Shown one piece after another: positions 8,443-15,511 of a stretch of 24,777 nt of DNA. The position numbers were made by a program, and so were the translations under genes. Within the stretch, counting starts at the first letter, position 1; every line of letters starts with the position of its first letter. The stretch is from a virus (lineage: Duplodnaviria > Heunggongvirae > Uroviricota > Caudoviricetes), in IMG/VR virus record IMGVR_UViG_2778261216_000008, positions 1-24,777 of that record, one strand, 5' to 3'. The notes beneath the pieces are model-generated. The model made no database searches, was not told the origin of the DNA, and worked only from the letters and a program-made list of their open reading frames with translations.

Positions 8443-8738
8443 GATGGCAGCCTCTTTGGTGATTTTTAATAACTCACCACCAAGGCTTTCCACGACCTTA
8501 TTGGTGGTGAGACGTACAGGGGTGGAAATACCGGTCACCAAAGAACCCGGCCCAACCGAAGTTGGCCCTGCACGCCCCACCATAATTTGGGCGTAATGCT
8601 GCTCATGACACAAAAAAACCGCAAGAGCGCGGCTGTGCGCTTTGGTGAATTCCGGGTTTCCACGCCCGGCACCCGCTTTATAAGGTGCCTGAACAGTGTA
8701 ACGTCCCGAAATTGAGGAATCAATATTTTGGAGAACAA
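8443..8738 (-). promoter_or_regulatory. structured leader 1 upstream of Rha paralogue 1 (candidate cis-regulatory RNA/attenuator)
   Basis: Hairpin GGCACC-N10-GGTGCC; hairpin GGGCCAAC-UUCG-GUUGGGCC (8549-8568); 11-bp stem CTCACCACCAA/TTGGTGGTGAG (8473-8511); GC stem + T7 (8612-8633). Confidence 0.5.
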
Positions 8739-9563
8739 TCATGCAGCACCCGCCAGTTCTTTATCGTGGGTGAATTCGCCATTCCAGTTTCTCTTCATGG
8801 GTAATGCACCTCTAAGATACTGGCGATAAATCCAGACCGCCCCTTTCTGGAGAAGAACTGGTGTATACGAATAAAACCCTTCTTCATAACCTGAATCGAT
8901 ATAGTGGTGACGTTCGGTCAGATACAGATCTCGGGCATATGCCTTTACACGCCATGCGGGGCTTCGCGATTCAGGACGCTCGTCATAAAGCCAGTTGTGA
9001 GCCTCCAGAAATGCTGTGATACGCTGAACATTTACTCCATTAAGTTGCTTGCAGAACTGAACCGGTGTCATGCCAGGCTGGAATAAATTTTCCAGATGTT
9101 CGATGTATTGGGCCTGACGATGAACGTAACTAATTGCTCTGTTTTTAGCCTCATATTCATCCGCCCAGGCACGGGCAGCAGCAGCCGGATCGCTAAAATC
9201 TGGTAGGGATGTCATTGTGGTAAGACTGTAATTCCCCGTTTTACGAATTGACGGAATTACCTCCGATGTAATCCACCGTTTAAAACGTCTTGCCTGTTTT
9301 TTTCGACTTTTGATAATCAGCGCATAGAGCCCGGATTCATTGACCAGCAAAGGCTTACGTCCCGAACCTAAGTAATCCTTATATTCGGTTTTATCTTCAT
9401 CATCGATGGACTGAAGGGAGATAGCAGTATTTGTCAGCCCCAGCGCGTTACATATATCCACGGCAAAAAACCATGGTGTTGAATCAATGACCACACTACG
9501 AACTGATGACAACAATTCACCAGTGCTTGATTTAAAATCGAAAACTTTGATATTGTTTTTCAC
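8739..9563 (-). CDS. Bro-N domain antirepressor-like protein
   Basis: GTG 9563 after RBS GGAGA; N-terminus KVFDFKSSTGELLSSVRSVVIDSTPWFFAVDICNALGL is Bro-N-like; track ORF trimmed at the upstream stop. Confidence 0.65.
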   Translation of the reverse strand: MKNNIKVFDFKSSTGELLSSVRSVVIDSTPWFFAVDICNALGLTNTAISLQSIDDEDKTEYKDYLGSGRKPLLVNESGLYALIIKSRKKQARRFKRWITSEVIPSIRKTGNYSLTTMTSLPDFSDPAAAARAWADEYEAKNRAISYVHRQAQYIEHLENLFQPGMTPVQFCKQLNGVNVQRITAFLEAHNWLYDERPESRSPAWRVKAYARDLYLTERHHYIDSGYEEGFYSYTPVLLQKGAVWIYRQYLRGALPMKRNWNGEFTHDKELAGAA

Positions 9564-9615
9564 GTAATATCTCCGACGATAAACCCGACTGGCCGGTTTT
9601 CTCTGCCGGCCTTTC

Positions 9616-10323
9616 TTATTTCTGCCAACCAATAACCTGAAATACCCCCATTTTCGGGTAATACCAGCAAGTCCCTCGCGGTTCTGCTTCCTCCATAACC
9701 CGATAAAAAGCAGCCATAAACGGTTCCACAGCAACAATTGCGCGACGAGACAACAATCCATCCGGCCTCATGAACTCATGGGGGTCGGTAGGGATCTGAT
9801 ATGCGTTCACCAGATTGCGGCATTTCGCATCTGACATACCCGTTTTCGCCGCCAGCTGACGATAGCCTGCATAACCATCGCGTATGGCGCCTCTTTTGAT
9901 TTGTTCGACAGTTTCAGTAACGTGGGTGACTTTCTCTTCCACCTGCTCAAGACGTCTTTGTTGGCGAACAGCTTCAAGCGCCATTGCAGCAACCATTTCG
10001 ATCTGGCTCATTGGTTTGCGGATTTGTTCTTCCAGTTCGCGCCAGCGGTCTACCAGACGGGCGGTGAATTCAGGGCAAAGCTGTGCGACAACAATGATGC
10101 TGTCGCGTTTGCCTCGTTCACCTTCGAATACATACGCGCTAGAAAATCGGCGAGGGCCAAGTGATTGTTTATTCTCAATTTCCACAGACTGTGGAAATTG
10201 GATGATTCCCTTTTTAGCCAGTGTTTCAATAGTTCTCTTAACACTATCTGGTCTGCTTCCCACCAGCTCAGCTATCTCAATACTGGTCATGGATGCTTTA
10301 TCGGTAAAAATTGTTGTATTCAC
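9616..10323 (-). CDS. Rha-family N-terminal domain regulatory protein (in the cII position)
   Basis: 235 aa; TSIEIAELVGSRPDSVKRTIETLAKKGII...SIIVVAQLCPEFTARLVDRWRELE is Rha-like; ATG overlaps the cro stop (ATGA). Confidence 0.6.
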   Translation of the reverse strand: MNTTIFTDKASMTSIEIAELVGSRPDSVKRTIETLAKKGIIQFPQSVEIENKQSLGPRRFSSAYVFEGERGKRDSIIVVAQLCPEFTARLVDRWRELEEQIRKPMSQIEMVAAMALEAVRQQRRLEQVEEKVTHVTETVEQIKRGAIRDGYAGYRQLAAKTGMSDAKCRNLVNAYQIPTDPHEFMRPDGLLSRRAIVAVEPFMAAFYRVMEEAEPRGTCWYYPKMGVFQVIGWQK

Positions 10324-10583
10324 TGTTTATCTCCTTCGCACACTCCATCTTCTGTGTGCGCTAAACTTGGGTGTGGGAAAAGCTCCGGTAGATCAGGACG
10401 AAATTCATACGCCTGGACTTTCCCATCGACCGCCTTAACCAGAGACGGAACAAATTCAGGAGAAATTTTTTTCTTCCCATTCAGCCAGTCGCAAATTGTT
10501 GACTGCGCGCGACCACAACGCCTAGCCAGAGCAATCTGGCTTCCCGCAATATCTACAGCCTTGGCTATACCTTCATTTTTCAT
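10320..10583 (-). CDS. cro: Cro-like HTH repressor
   Basis: 87 aa from ATG 10583 after RBS GGAGG; HTH QIALARRCGRAQSTICDWLNGKK; divergent from the CI-like gene. Confidence 0.7.
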   Translation of the reverse strand: MKNEGIAKAVDIAGSQIALARRCGRAQSTICDWLNGKKKISPEFVPSLVKAVDGKVQAYEFRPDLPELFPHPSLAHTEDGVCEGDKQ

Positions 10584-10706
10584 ATCGACCTCCAACCTGA
10601 TTTCATTCACTATAGCGATTGATTAAAGCGATTGCAATGTACGGAAAAGCGGTTTGTGTATATATCGCTAAGGCGATACACTAAAAGGGCAGAAAAAGGA
10701 GGACTT
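10584..10706. promoter_or_regulatory. divergent immunity-switch region (pR-like cro promoter, operator-like dyads, cI upstream region)
   Basis: Minus strand TTGCAA-17 bp-TATAGT (plus 10609-10637); palindrome TATCGC-TAAG-GCGATA at 10663-10678; AGCGATTG direct repeat; motif TATAGCGATTGA at 10611-10622. Confidence 0.55.
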
Positions 10707-11411
10707 ATGAGCTTTTCAGACAGGCTACAGTTAGCTATGACTATCCGCGGATACTCGCAGGGAAAACTGGCCAGAGAGGTTGGCATGGCTCAATCGAGCG
10801 TAAATAAACTGGTTAATGGTGCCACAGGCTCCAGGAAAGTTGTGGAGATAGCCAATACCCTGAACGTGCGCCCCGAGTGGCTATCGTACGGTGTTGGTCC
10901 TATGACCCCAGAAGAAAGCACATCCTGCAATCCGACACCACAGGAATCATATTCCCCGCTGGAAAATGATAAGGATATTTTTCGTGTGGAAGTCCTGGAT
11001 ATCGCTGCCAGCGCGGGACCAGGAACATTCCTTGTTTCAGATTTTGCAGAAACGGTCCATGCTATAGAATTTTCACATGACGCCGCAAGACGTCTGTTCT
11101 GTAGCAGGCCAGCAAATATCATAAAGATGATAACAGTTGATGGCGACAGCATGGCTCCTACTCTGTGTGCAGGAGATCAGGTGTTTGTCGACGTATCCGT
11201 CAGAAATTTTGAAACTGACGGTATCTATATTTTTATTTTTGGGCACACCTTCCATATCAAACGCCTGCAAATGCAAGGGATGCAACTTGCTGTTATATCA
11301 GACAATCCGGCCTACAAGGAATGGTTTATAAGTGAATCAGCTGAAGAACATCTATTCATAATGGGGAAAGTTCTCATTCATCAGTCAATCCAGTATAACA
11401 GGGTCGGATAA
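10707..11411 (+). CDS. cI: CI-like repressor (HTH_XRE + S24 LexA-type peptidase domain)
   Basis: 234 aa after RBS AAGGAGG; HTH GYSQGKLAREVGMAQSSVNKLVNG; S24 motifs VDGDSMAPTL and FHIKRL; candidate Ala-Gly cleavage site in SAGPG. Confidence 0.85.
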   Translation: MSFSDRLQLAMTIRGYSQGKLAREVGMAQSSVNKLVNGATGSRKVVEIANTLNVRPEWLSYGVGPMTPEESTSCNPTPQESYSPLENDKDIFRVEVLDIAASAGPGTFLVSDFAETVHAIEFSHDAARRLFCSRPANIIKMITVDGDSMAPTLCAGDQVFVDVSVRNFETDGIYIFIFGHTFHIKRLQMQGMQLAVISDNPAYKEWFISESAEEHLFIMGKVLIHQSIQYNRVG

Positions 11412-11520
11412 GTCAACATCACCGGCAGCTGTATTGCGCAGCTGCTCTACTTTCCTGTATCTCAACTCCCTACGTATCGTCTCATTTCTCTCATAATCTG
11501 TTCTTTGCTGCCCAAAATGC

Positions 11521-11568
11521 ATAGCTATAGCGATTGACATAACCAAACGCTTTAGCTATTGTAAAATT
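11521..11568 (+). promoter_or_regulatory. candidate pL-like early-left promoter with operator dyad
   Basis: TTGACA at 11534-11539 with TATTGT/TAAAAT downstream; dyad ATAGCTATAGCG (11521-11532) / CGCTTTAGCTAT (11548-11559); shares TATAGCGATTGA with the cro-cI region. Confidence 0.4.
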
Positions 11569-11587
11569 AAAACAACAGGAGGCTCAT

Positions 11588-12259
11588 ATGAAGCATGCAG
11601 TTAAGGTGATGGATGAAATTGCAGCACAAATACAAGAAAGCGGCTCGCTGCTTGGAATGATCTATTCCTACATGTCAGAAAACGGAGCAGAAAGTGAGAG
11701 GGTTTATAATGCAATCAGATGCCTGATGCGTTCCCTGCAAAAAACAGAAGAAACTGCATCAATTTTTGCAGAAAAACTATGTGAGGCAAAAGCTATGGTT
11801 TCGCATGGTCACTTTTTTGGAAAAATCCGTGCCCAACGTGAAGCCTGCGGTTTGACGACCACCGAACTAGCCAGACTACTCGATCTTGACGAAGAGATTA
11901 TTCTGCAATGGGAGAGTGGAGAGTTCGAGCCAACCATCAGCATGCTTATCCCCCTGGCAAACGTCCTGGGATGCGATCCGCTTTCTCTGCTGAGTGAAAA
12001 CAATACCGCAGTACCTGTGCGCGTAAATGCTCCTGAAGCCCATATGGAAAGTATTGGCACACGCATCAAAAGCGCACGTAAAAAACTGGGATTAACCGAA
12101 TCTGATCTTGCCCGCATGATTAATACCTATAGCGACCCCATAAATGACTGGGAATGCGGCATCCATGAAGTTCCTGCTGATCAGATAGTACCACTGGCCA
12201 GTGCTCTTAATTGTGACCTGATGTGGTTGTTAACAGGCAAATCAGAAGCAAAGGAGTAA
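11588..12259 (+). CDS. protein with two tandem XRE-type HTH domains (223 aa), first gene of the early-left operon
   Basis: Strong RBS AGGAGG; HTH 1 GLTTTELARLLDLDEEIILQWESGEFEPT, HTH 2 GLTESDLARMINTYSDPINDWECG. Confidence 0.7.
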   Translation: MKHAVKVMDEIAAQIQESGSLLGMIYSYMSENGAESERVYNAIRCLMRSLQKTEETASIFAEKLCEAKAMVSHGHFFGKIRAQREACGLTTTELARLLDLDEEIILQWESGEFEPTISMLIPLANVLGCDPLSLLSENNTAVPVRVNAPEAHMESIGTRIKSARKKLGLTESDLARMINTYSDPINDWECGIHEVPADQIVPLASALNCDLMWLLTGKSEAKE

Positions 12260-12264
12260 CAACA

Positions 12265-12465
12265 ATGACTGGCAATATCCATGATAAGTATGAAGGCTTA
12301 TGCCTGGCACCGGATTCCTTTGCAAACAATATCCATAATTTATTATGCGCAGTTGTTGTATTACAAATGTCAGACAACGACGCAATAAAAAGAACAGGTG
12401 ATGAAGTTCTTGAATTTGCACGTTGCTATGCTGAAGCAGCTGCTGAAAAAGAACTAACCAGTTAA
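12265..12465 (+). CDS. hypothetical small protein (66 aa)
   Basis: ATG 12265 after RBS AAGGAG; track ORF 12223..12465 trimmed. Confidence 0.4.
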   Translation: MTGNIHDKYEGLCLAPDSFANNIHNLLCAVVVLQMSDNDAIKRTGDEVLEFARCYAEAAAEKELTS

Positions 12466-12546
12466 ATAGAACAAGTCATCTCCGGATAATATATTACGGC
12501 TTAATCGCCGGGGATTATCACACCCTTAATCCACAGGAGGTTTTAT

Positions 12547-12660
12547 ATGACCTTTATAAAACATAAGGCATCACACAAAACAGCCTGCCTTATTGCACAG
12601 CACGGGAAAAATTACATGCATATTGCCTGCTTGTTTCTGCGTAAAGCATATGGGAGATAA
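12547..12660 (+). CDS. possible small basic protein (37 aa), not in the ORF track
   Basis: ATG 12547 after RBS AGGAGG; MTFIKHKASHKTACLIAQHGKNYMHIACLFLRKAYGR; stop 12658-12660. Confidence 0.3.
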   Translation: MTFIKHKASHKTACLIAQHGKNYMHIACLFLRKAYGR

Positions 12661-12662
12661 TA

Positions 12663-12845
12663 ATGCATCAGAAAACAGCAGAACACGAGCAAACCAGAGT
12701 ATTGCTGACCATCAAAAACGGGAAAGTAATATTAATTCGTCATGTTCATGACGATGAACTTGTAGGAAGTCTTTCAACATTCCTGTTTATTGCAGAAAAG
12801 GCAGGATATGACGTTATTGCACCAGCAGATGAAGATGAGGAGTAA
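12663..12845 (+). CDS. hypothetical small acidic protein (60 aa)
   Basis: ATG after GGGAGA; no domain recognised. Confidence 0.4.
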   Translation: MHQKTAEHEQTRVLLTIKNGKVILIRHVHDDELVGSLSTFLFIAEKAGYDVIAPADEDEE

Positions 12846-12850
12846 ATATC

Positions 12851-13423
12851 ATGCAATACGCTGAATTCCAGGCTGAAGCAACAGCCACAGGTATACGAAC
12901 TGGCAGTATGACTATTGATTATCACGACGCAATCCGCCGTCTGGATGCAGGTGAATTCGATCATCCTAATGTGAAAGGTTTGCAAATCCTTCAATGCCTC
13001 GCACAAGCCGACAATGCAGGATTACTGGGTAAACTCCCTGTTGAGATGAAGGTAGCCCAGTGGCGCTGGTTGTACGTGACGACATTCATCAACGAAGAAG
13101 AAAACAAGAATGGCACTATTGATATCCCAAACGAACACGGAACAACAGATCGCGCCGTAATATATAACGGGAAGCATGGGGTTATGACGATATATCCCGG
13201 CCCCATTCGGTTTGCCTTACAGCAGTATATTGAATGGAATTTAATTCAAAAATACGGCAAGGCAGAAGGAATGGGTAGAGCGCTGTTTCTTTATCAGAAA
13301 ATGCTCATTACATACCCAGATAAAGGTTTCATTGTTTCAGACATGGGGCGAGAAGGGCTTGAACTCCTTCTGGATGAAATGATTAACGACCTGAATACTC
13401 ATGGTATGCCAGAAGGCCAGTGA
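12851..13423 (+). CDS. hypothetical protein (190 aa)
   Basis: ATG after RBS GAGGAG; no motif recognised; followed by the terminator-like hairpin at 13439-13463. Confidence 0.6.
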   Translation: MQYAEFQAEATATGIRTGSMTIDYHDAIRRLDAGEFDHPNVKGLQILQCLAQADNAGLLGKLPVEMKVAQWRWLYVTTFINEEENKNGTIDIPNEHGTTDRAVIYNGKHGVMTIYPGPIRFALQQYIEWNLIQKYGKAEGMGRALFLYQKMLITYPDKGFIVSDMGREGLELLLDEMINDLNTHGMPEGQ

Positions 13424-13438
13424 CACATTAAATATTAA

Positions 13439-13463
13439 GAAGAATATAATTCTTCCGTTTTTT
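13439..13463 (+). terminator. candidate rho-independent terminator
   Basis: GAAGAAT-ata-ATTCTTC followed by CG and T6; AT-rich stem, so modest. Confidence 0.4.
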
Positions 13464-13476
13464 ACTAACCATTTAT

Positions 13477-13584
13477 ATGAAAAACAACCGTGAATTAAGC
13501 AGAGTAAAACTGCTTTTAATCCTTGCCACAGTACTGACAATAACAGAAATCATTATTCTCTTTATTGCGCTGTCTGTCAGTTAA
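13477..13584 (+). CDS. possible small hydrophobic peptide (35 aa, one TM segment), not in the ORF track
   Basis: MKNNRELSRVKLLLILATVLTITEIIILFIALSVS; weak RBS; immediately upstream of a second small membrane protein and the SPFH gene. Confidence 0.3.
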   Translation: MKNNRELSRVKLLLILATVLTITEIIILFIALSVS

Positions 13585-13607
13585 AAATATCGGGATACCA
13601 CATACCA

Positions 13608-13796
13608 ATGAGACTGTATTTCACAATAGTAATTTTACTGGCAATTATCGCATGCATTTACGGATTACTCGTTCCGTTCCTTATATCCATGAAGGATACG
13701 ATAGCAGTTACTTCTGGCTTTGCACTGGCGTTTCTGACCCCGCCCTGCATTTATGCCATTTACAAGGGTCTTTCTTTCACTAAGGATAAAAAATGA
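13608..13796 (+). CDS. small membrane protein (62 aa, 2 predicted TM segments)
   Basis: Hydrophobic YFTIVILLAIIACIYGLLVPFLI and SGFALAFLTPPCIYAIY; stop overlaps the SPFH ATG (ATGA); weak RBS. Confidence 0.5.
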   Translation: MRLYFTIVILLAIIACIYGLLVPFLISMKDTIAVTSGFALAFLTPPCIYAIYKGLSFTKDKK

Positions 13797-14620
13797 AAAA
13801 AATTATTTTTGCTTTAGCCATTGTTCTGCCGATCATTGGCCTTGTCGGCTGCGATCGCGTTGAACCCGGTAATGTTGGCATCAAAGTAAATAAACTGGGC
13901 GACGATAAAGGCGTCGGTGAGGTGGTCGGTGTTGGTCGCTACTGGACTGGCTGGAATACTGAAGTTTACATCTTCCCAACCTTCAAACAAATGAAGACCT
14001 ACGATGAGCCGTTCAGCTTCCAGATGAGTGACGGCACAACCATCGGCTATCACATCGGTGTTGCCTACAAAGTTGATCCATCCAAAGTTACCACGGTGTT
14101 TCAGACCTACCGCAAAGGCGTGGATGACATTACCGCCACTGACCTGCGCCAGAAGATCGCCGACGCACTCAATCGACTGGCCAGCAAAATGACCACCGAC
14201 AAATTTATCGACGGCGGCAAGTCTGAACTACTGGATGCCGCACTTAAAGACATTCAGGAAGAGATGACCCCCATCGGCGTTCAGGTAATGAGCCTCTCTT
14301 ATGTAGGTAAACCGGAATACCCGCCAACCGTTATCGACAGCATTAACGCCAAAGTCACGGCAAACCAGAAAACCCTGCAGCGCGAACAGGAAGTCAAGCA
14401 ACGTGAAGCGGAGGCCAACATGCTGCGTGCAGAAGCTGCCGGACAGGCTGATGCCATTCGAACAAAAGCCCTGGCAGAAGCCGATGCCATTCGTTTACGC
14501 GGCGAAGCTCTGCGCCAGAACCCTGGCGTCATGGAGCTGGAAGCCATCAACAAGTGGAACGGTACACTGCCGCAATACATGACCAGTGGTGCCAATACAC
14601 CATTTATCCAGATTAAATAA
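13793..14620 (+). CDS. SPFH/Band-7 (prohibitin-like) domain lipoprotein
   Basis: Signal peptide with lipobox LVGC; SPFH-type core; Ala/Glu/Arg-rich coiled-coil tail (QREAEANMLRAEAAGQADAIRTKALAEADAIRLRGEA). Confidence 0.8.
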   Translation: MKKIIFALAIVLPIIGLVGCDRVEPGNVGIKVNKLGDDKGVGEVVGVGRYWTGWNTEVYIFPTFKQMKTYDEPFSFQMSDGTTIGYHIGVAYKVDPSKVTTVFQTYRKGVDDITATDLRQKIADALNRLASKMTTDKFIDGGKSELLDAALKDIQEEMTPIGVQVMSLSYVGKPEYPPTVIDSINAKVTANQKTLQREQEVKQREAEANMLRAEAAGQADAIRTKALAEADAIRLRGEALRQNPGVMELEAINKWNGTLPQYMTSGANTPFIQIK

Positions 14621-14648
14621 CTTACACGCCCGGCAAACCGCCGGGTTA

Positions 14649-15032
14649 ATGGAAAATCAGATGAACAACCAGAATACTCAACCGCAAATAATGAACTATG
14701 ACCCGAATCTGACGTCGTGCGGACGCATGGCAAAACAAACCGTTCGATTAACTTTCGGACTATGGGAATACCGCGAAACATTCGAAGTTACTGTCGGCGG
14801 CAATCTGACCGGACTGGATGTTATCAATTGCGCTATTGAAAGCCTGTACGCAACGCTGCCTTATGAAGAAGTCCTGGATGAGCGCACAGGGAAAACGGAT
14901 ATCATGGCCACCATTAATATTGGCGAACTGATATGCCAGGATGAAGACCTGTCCGGGGAACTCTGGCTTGCCGGGATGCTTATCTCAGCAGAAATTATCA
15001 GTATTGAACCCGCTACAAACATACGGCTCTGA
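14649..15032 (+). CDS. hypothetical protein (about 127 aa; alternative start 14661)
   Basis: Track ORF 14586..15032 trimmed to the first ATG after the SPFH stop; no domain recognised. Confidence 0.5.
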   Translation: MENQMNNQNTQPQIMNYDPNLTSCGRMAKQTVRLTFGLWEYRETFEVTVGGNLTGLDVINCAIESLYATLPYEEVLDERTGKTDIMATINIGELICQDEDLSGELWLAGMLISAEIISIEPATNIRL

Positions 15033-15063
15033 AGTTCTCACTATTCAGAGAGCAGGAGAAAAA

Positions 15064-15180
15064 ATGTTCGCTCTGATTAATCAGGGACAACTGTATACCG
15101 ACAGTGCCGGTTACCCGGTAAAAATTGTTCGCTGCATAAACAACACCGTGTTGTACAGAAGATGTGAAGCGAATGTTTGA
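15064..15180 (+). CDS. possible small protein (38 aa)
   Basis: ATG 15064 after RBS AGGAGA within track ORF 14941..15180; MFALINQGQLYTDSAGYPVKIVRCINNTVLYRRCEANV. Confidence 0.25.
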   Translation: MFALINQGQLYTDSAGYPVKIVRCINNTVLYRRCEANV

Positions 15181-15223
15181 AGTGTGGTGCCACTGCCGTG
15201 GATGAAAGTTTTATGAGGTTGGC

Positions 15224-15478
15224 ATGCAGACAATCATCTATCAGATAACCCCCAGCAAATGGTGTACGGAGAGAGTCCTCATTGCATCAACAGGGCTAAA
15301 GCCTGGCACCATCGAGCGAGCCAGAAGAAAGTCATGGATGCAGGGAAAAGAATACCGCCATTACGCTGTAGAAGGTGATCCGGGGCATTACAGTGAATGC
15401 CTGTACAACATCGAAGAAATTATGCGATGGATCGAAAACCAGAAACAACCAGGTGCCAAAAATGCAAGTTCCGGTTAA
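15224..15478 (+). CDS. xis: excisionase-like protein
   Basis: 84 aa directly upstream of int; KWCTERVLIASTGLKPGTIERARRKSWMQGKEYRH resembles the excisionase-like family of P22/Stx-type phages. Confidence 0.65.
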   Translation: MQTIIYQITPSKWCTERVLIASTGLKPGTIERARRKSWMQGKEYRHYAVEGDPGHYSECLYNIEEIMRWIENQKQPGAKNASSG

Positions 15479-15511
15479 CCTGTTAATGCTCCTGGACGTC
15501 TGGGAGGTTTT

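Noticed and set aside
8612-8633. boxA-like CGCTCTT in leader 1 as an N-utilisation site
   Set aside because: Not conserved in leader 2, and no N-like antiterminator gene is recognisable; the element reads better as the stem of a terminator-like hairpin.
7235-8742. Track ORFs 7235..7894 (219 aa) and 7891..8742 (283 aa) as full-length Rha proteins
   Set aside because: The Rha homology starts about 100 codons in, at an internal ATG with a conserved RBS, and the upstream ~300 nt carries covarying hairpins and a terminator-like element. I annotated the shorter proteins plus a leader, but translation of the extension is not excluded.
9884-10626. Plus-strand ORFs 9884..10438 and 10165..10626
   Set aside because: Antisense to the Rha-family and Cro-like genes, which have clear domains, RBSs and operon context.
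13565-13783. ORF 13565..13783 (72 aa) as the gene upstream of the SPFH protein
   Set aside because: The overlapping frame 13608..13796 encodes a clearly hydrophobic two-TM protein whose stop is coupled to the SPFH start; the 72-aa frame has no such features.
14299-14781. Minus-strand ORF 14299..14781 (160 aa)
   Set aside because: Antisense to the SPFH gene in an Ala/Arg-rich coiled-coil region that produces spurious open frames.
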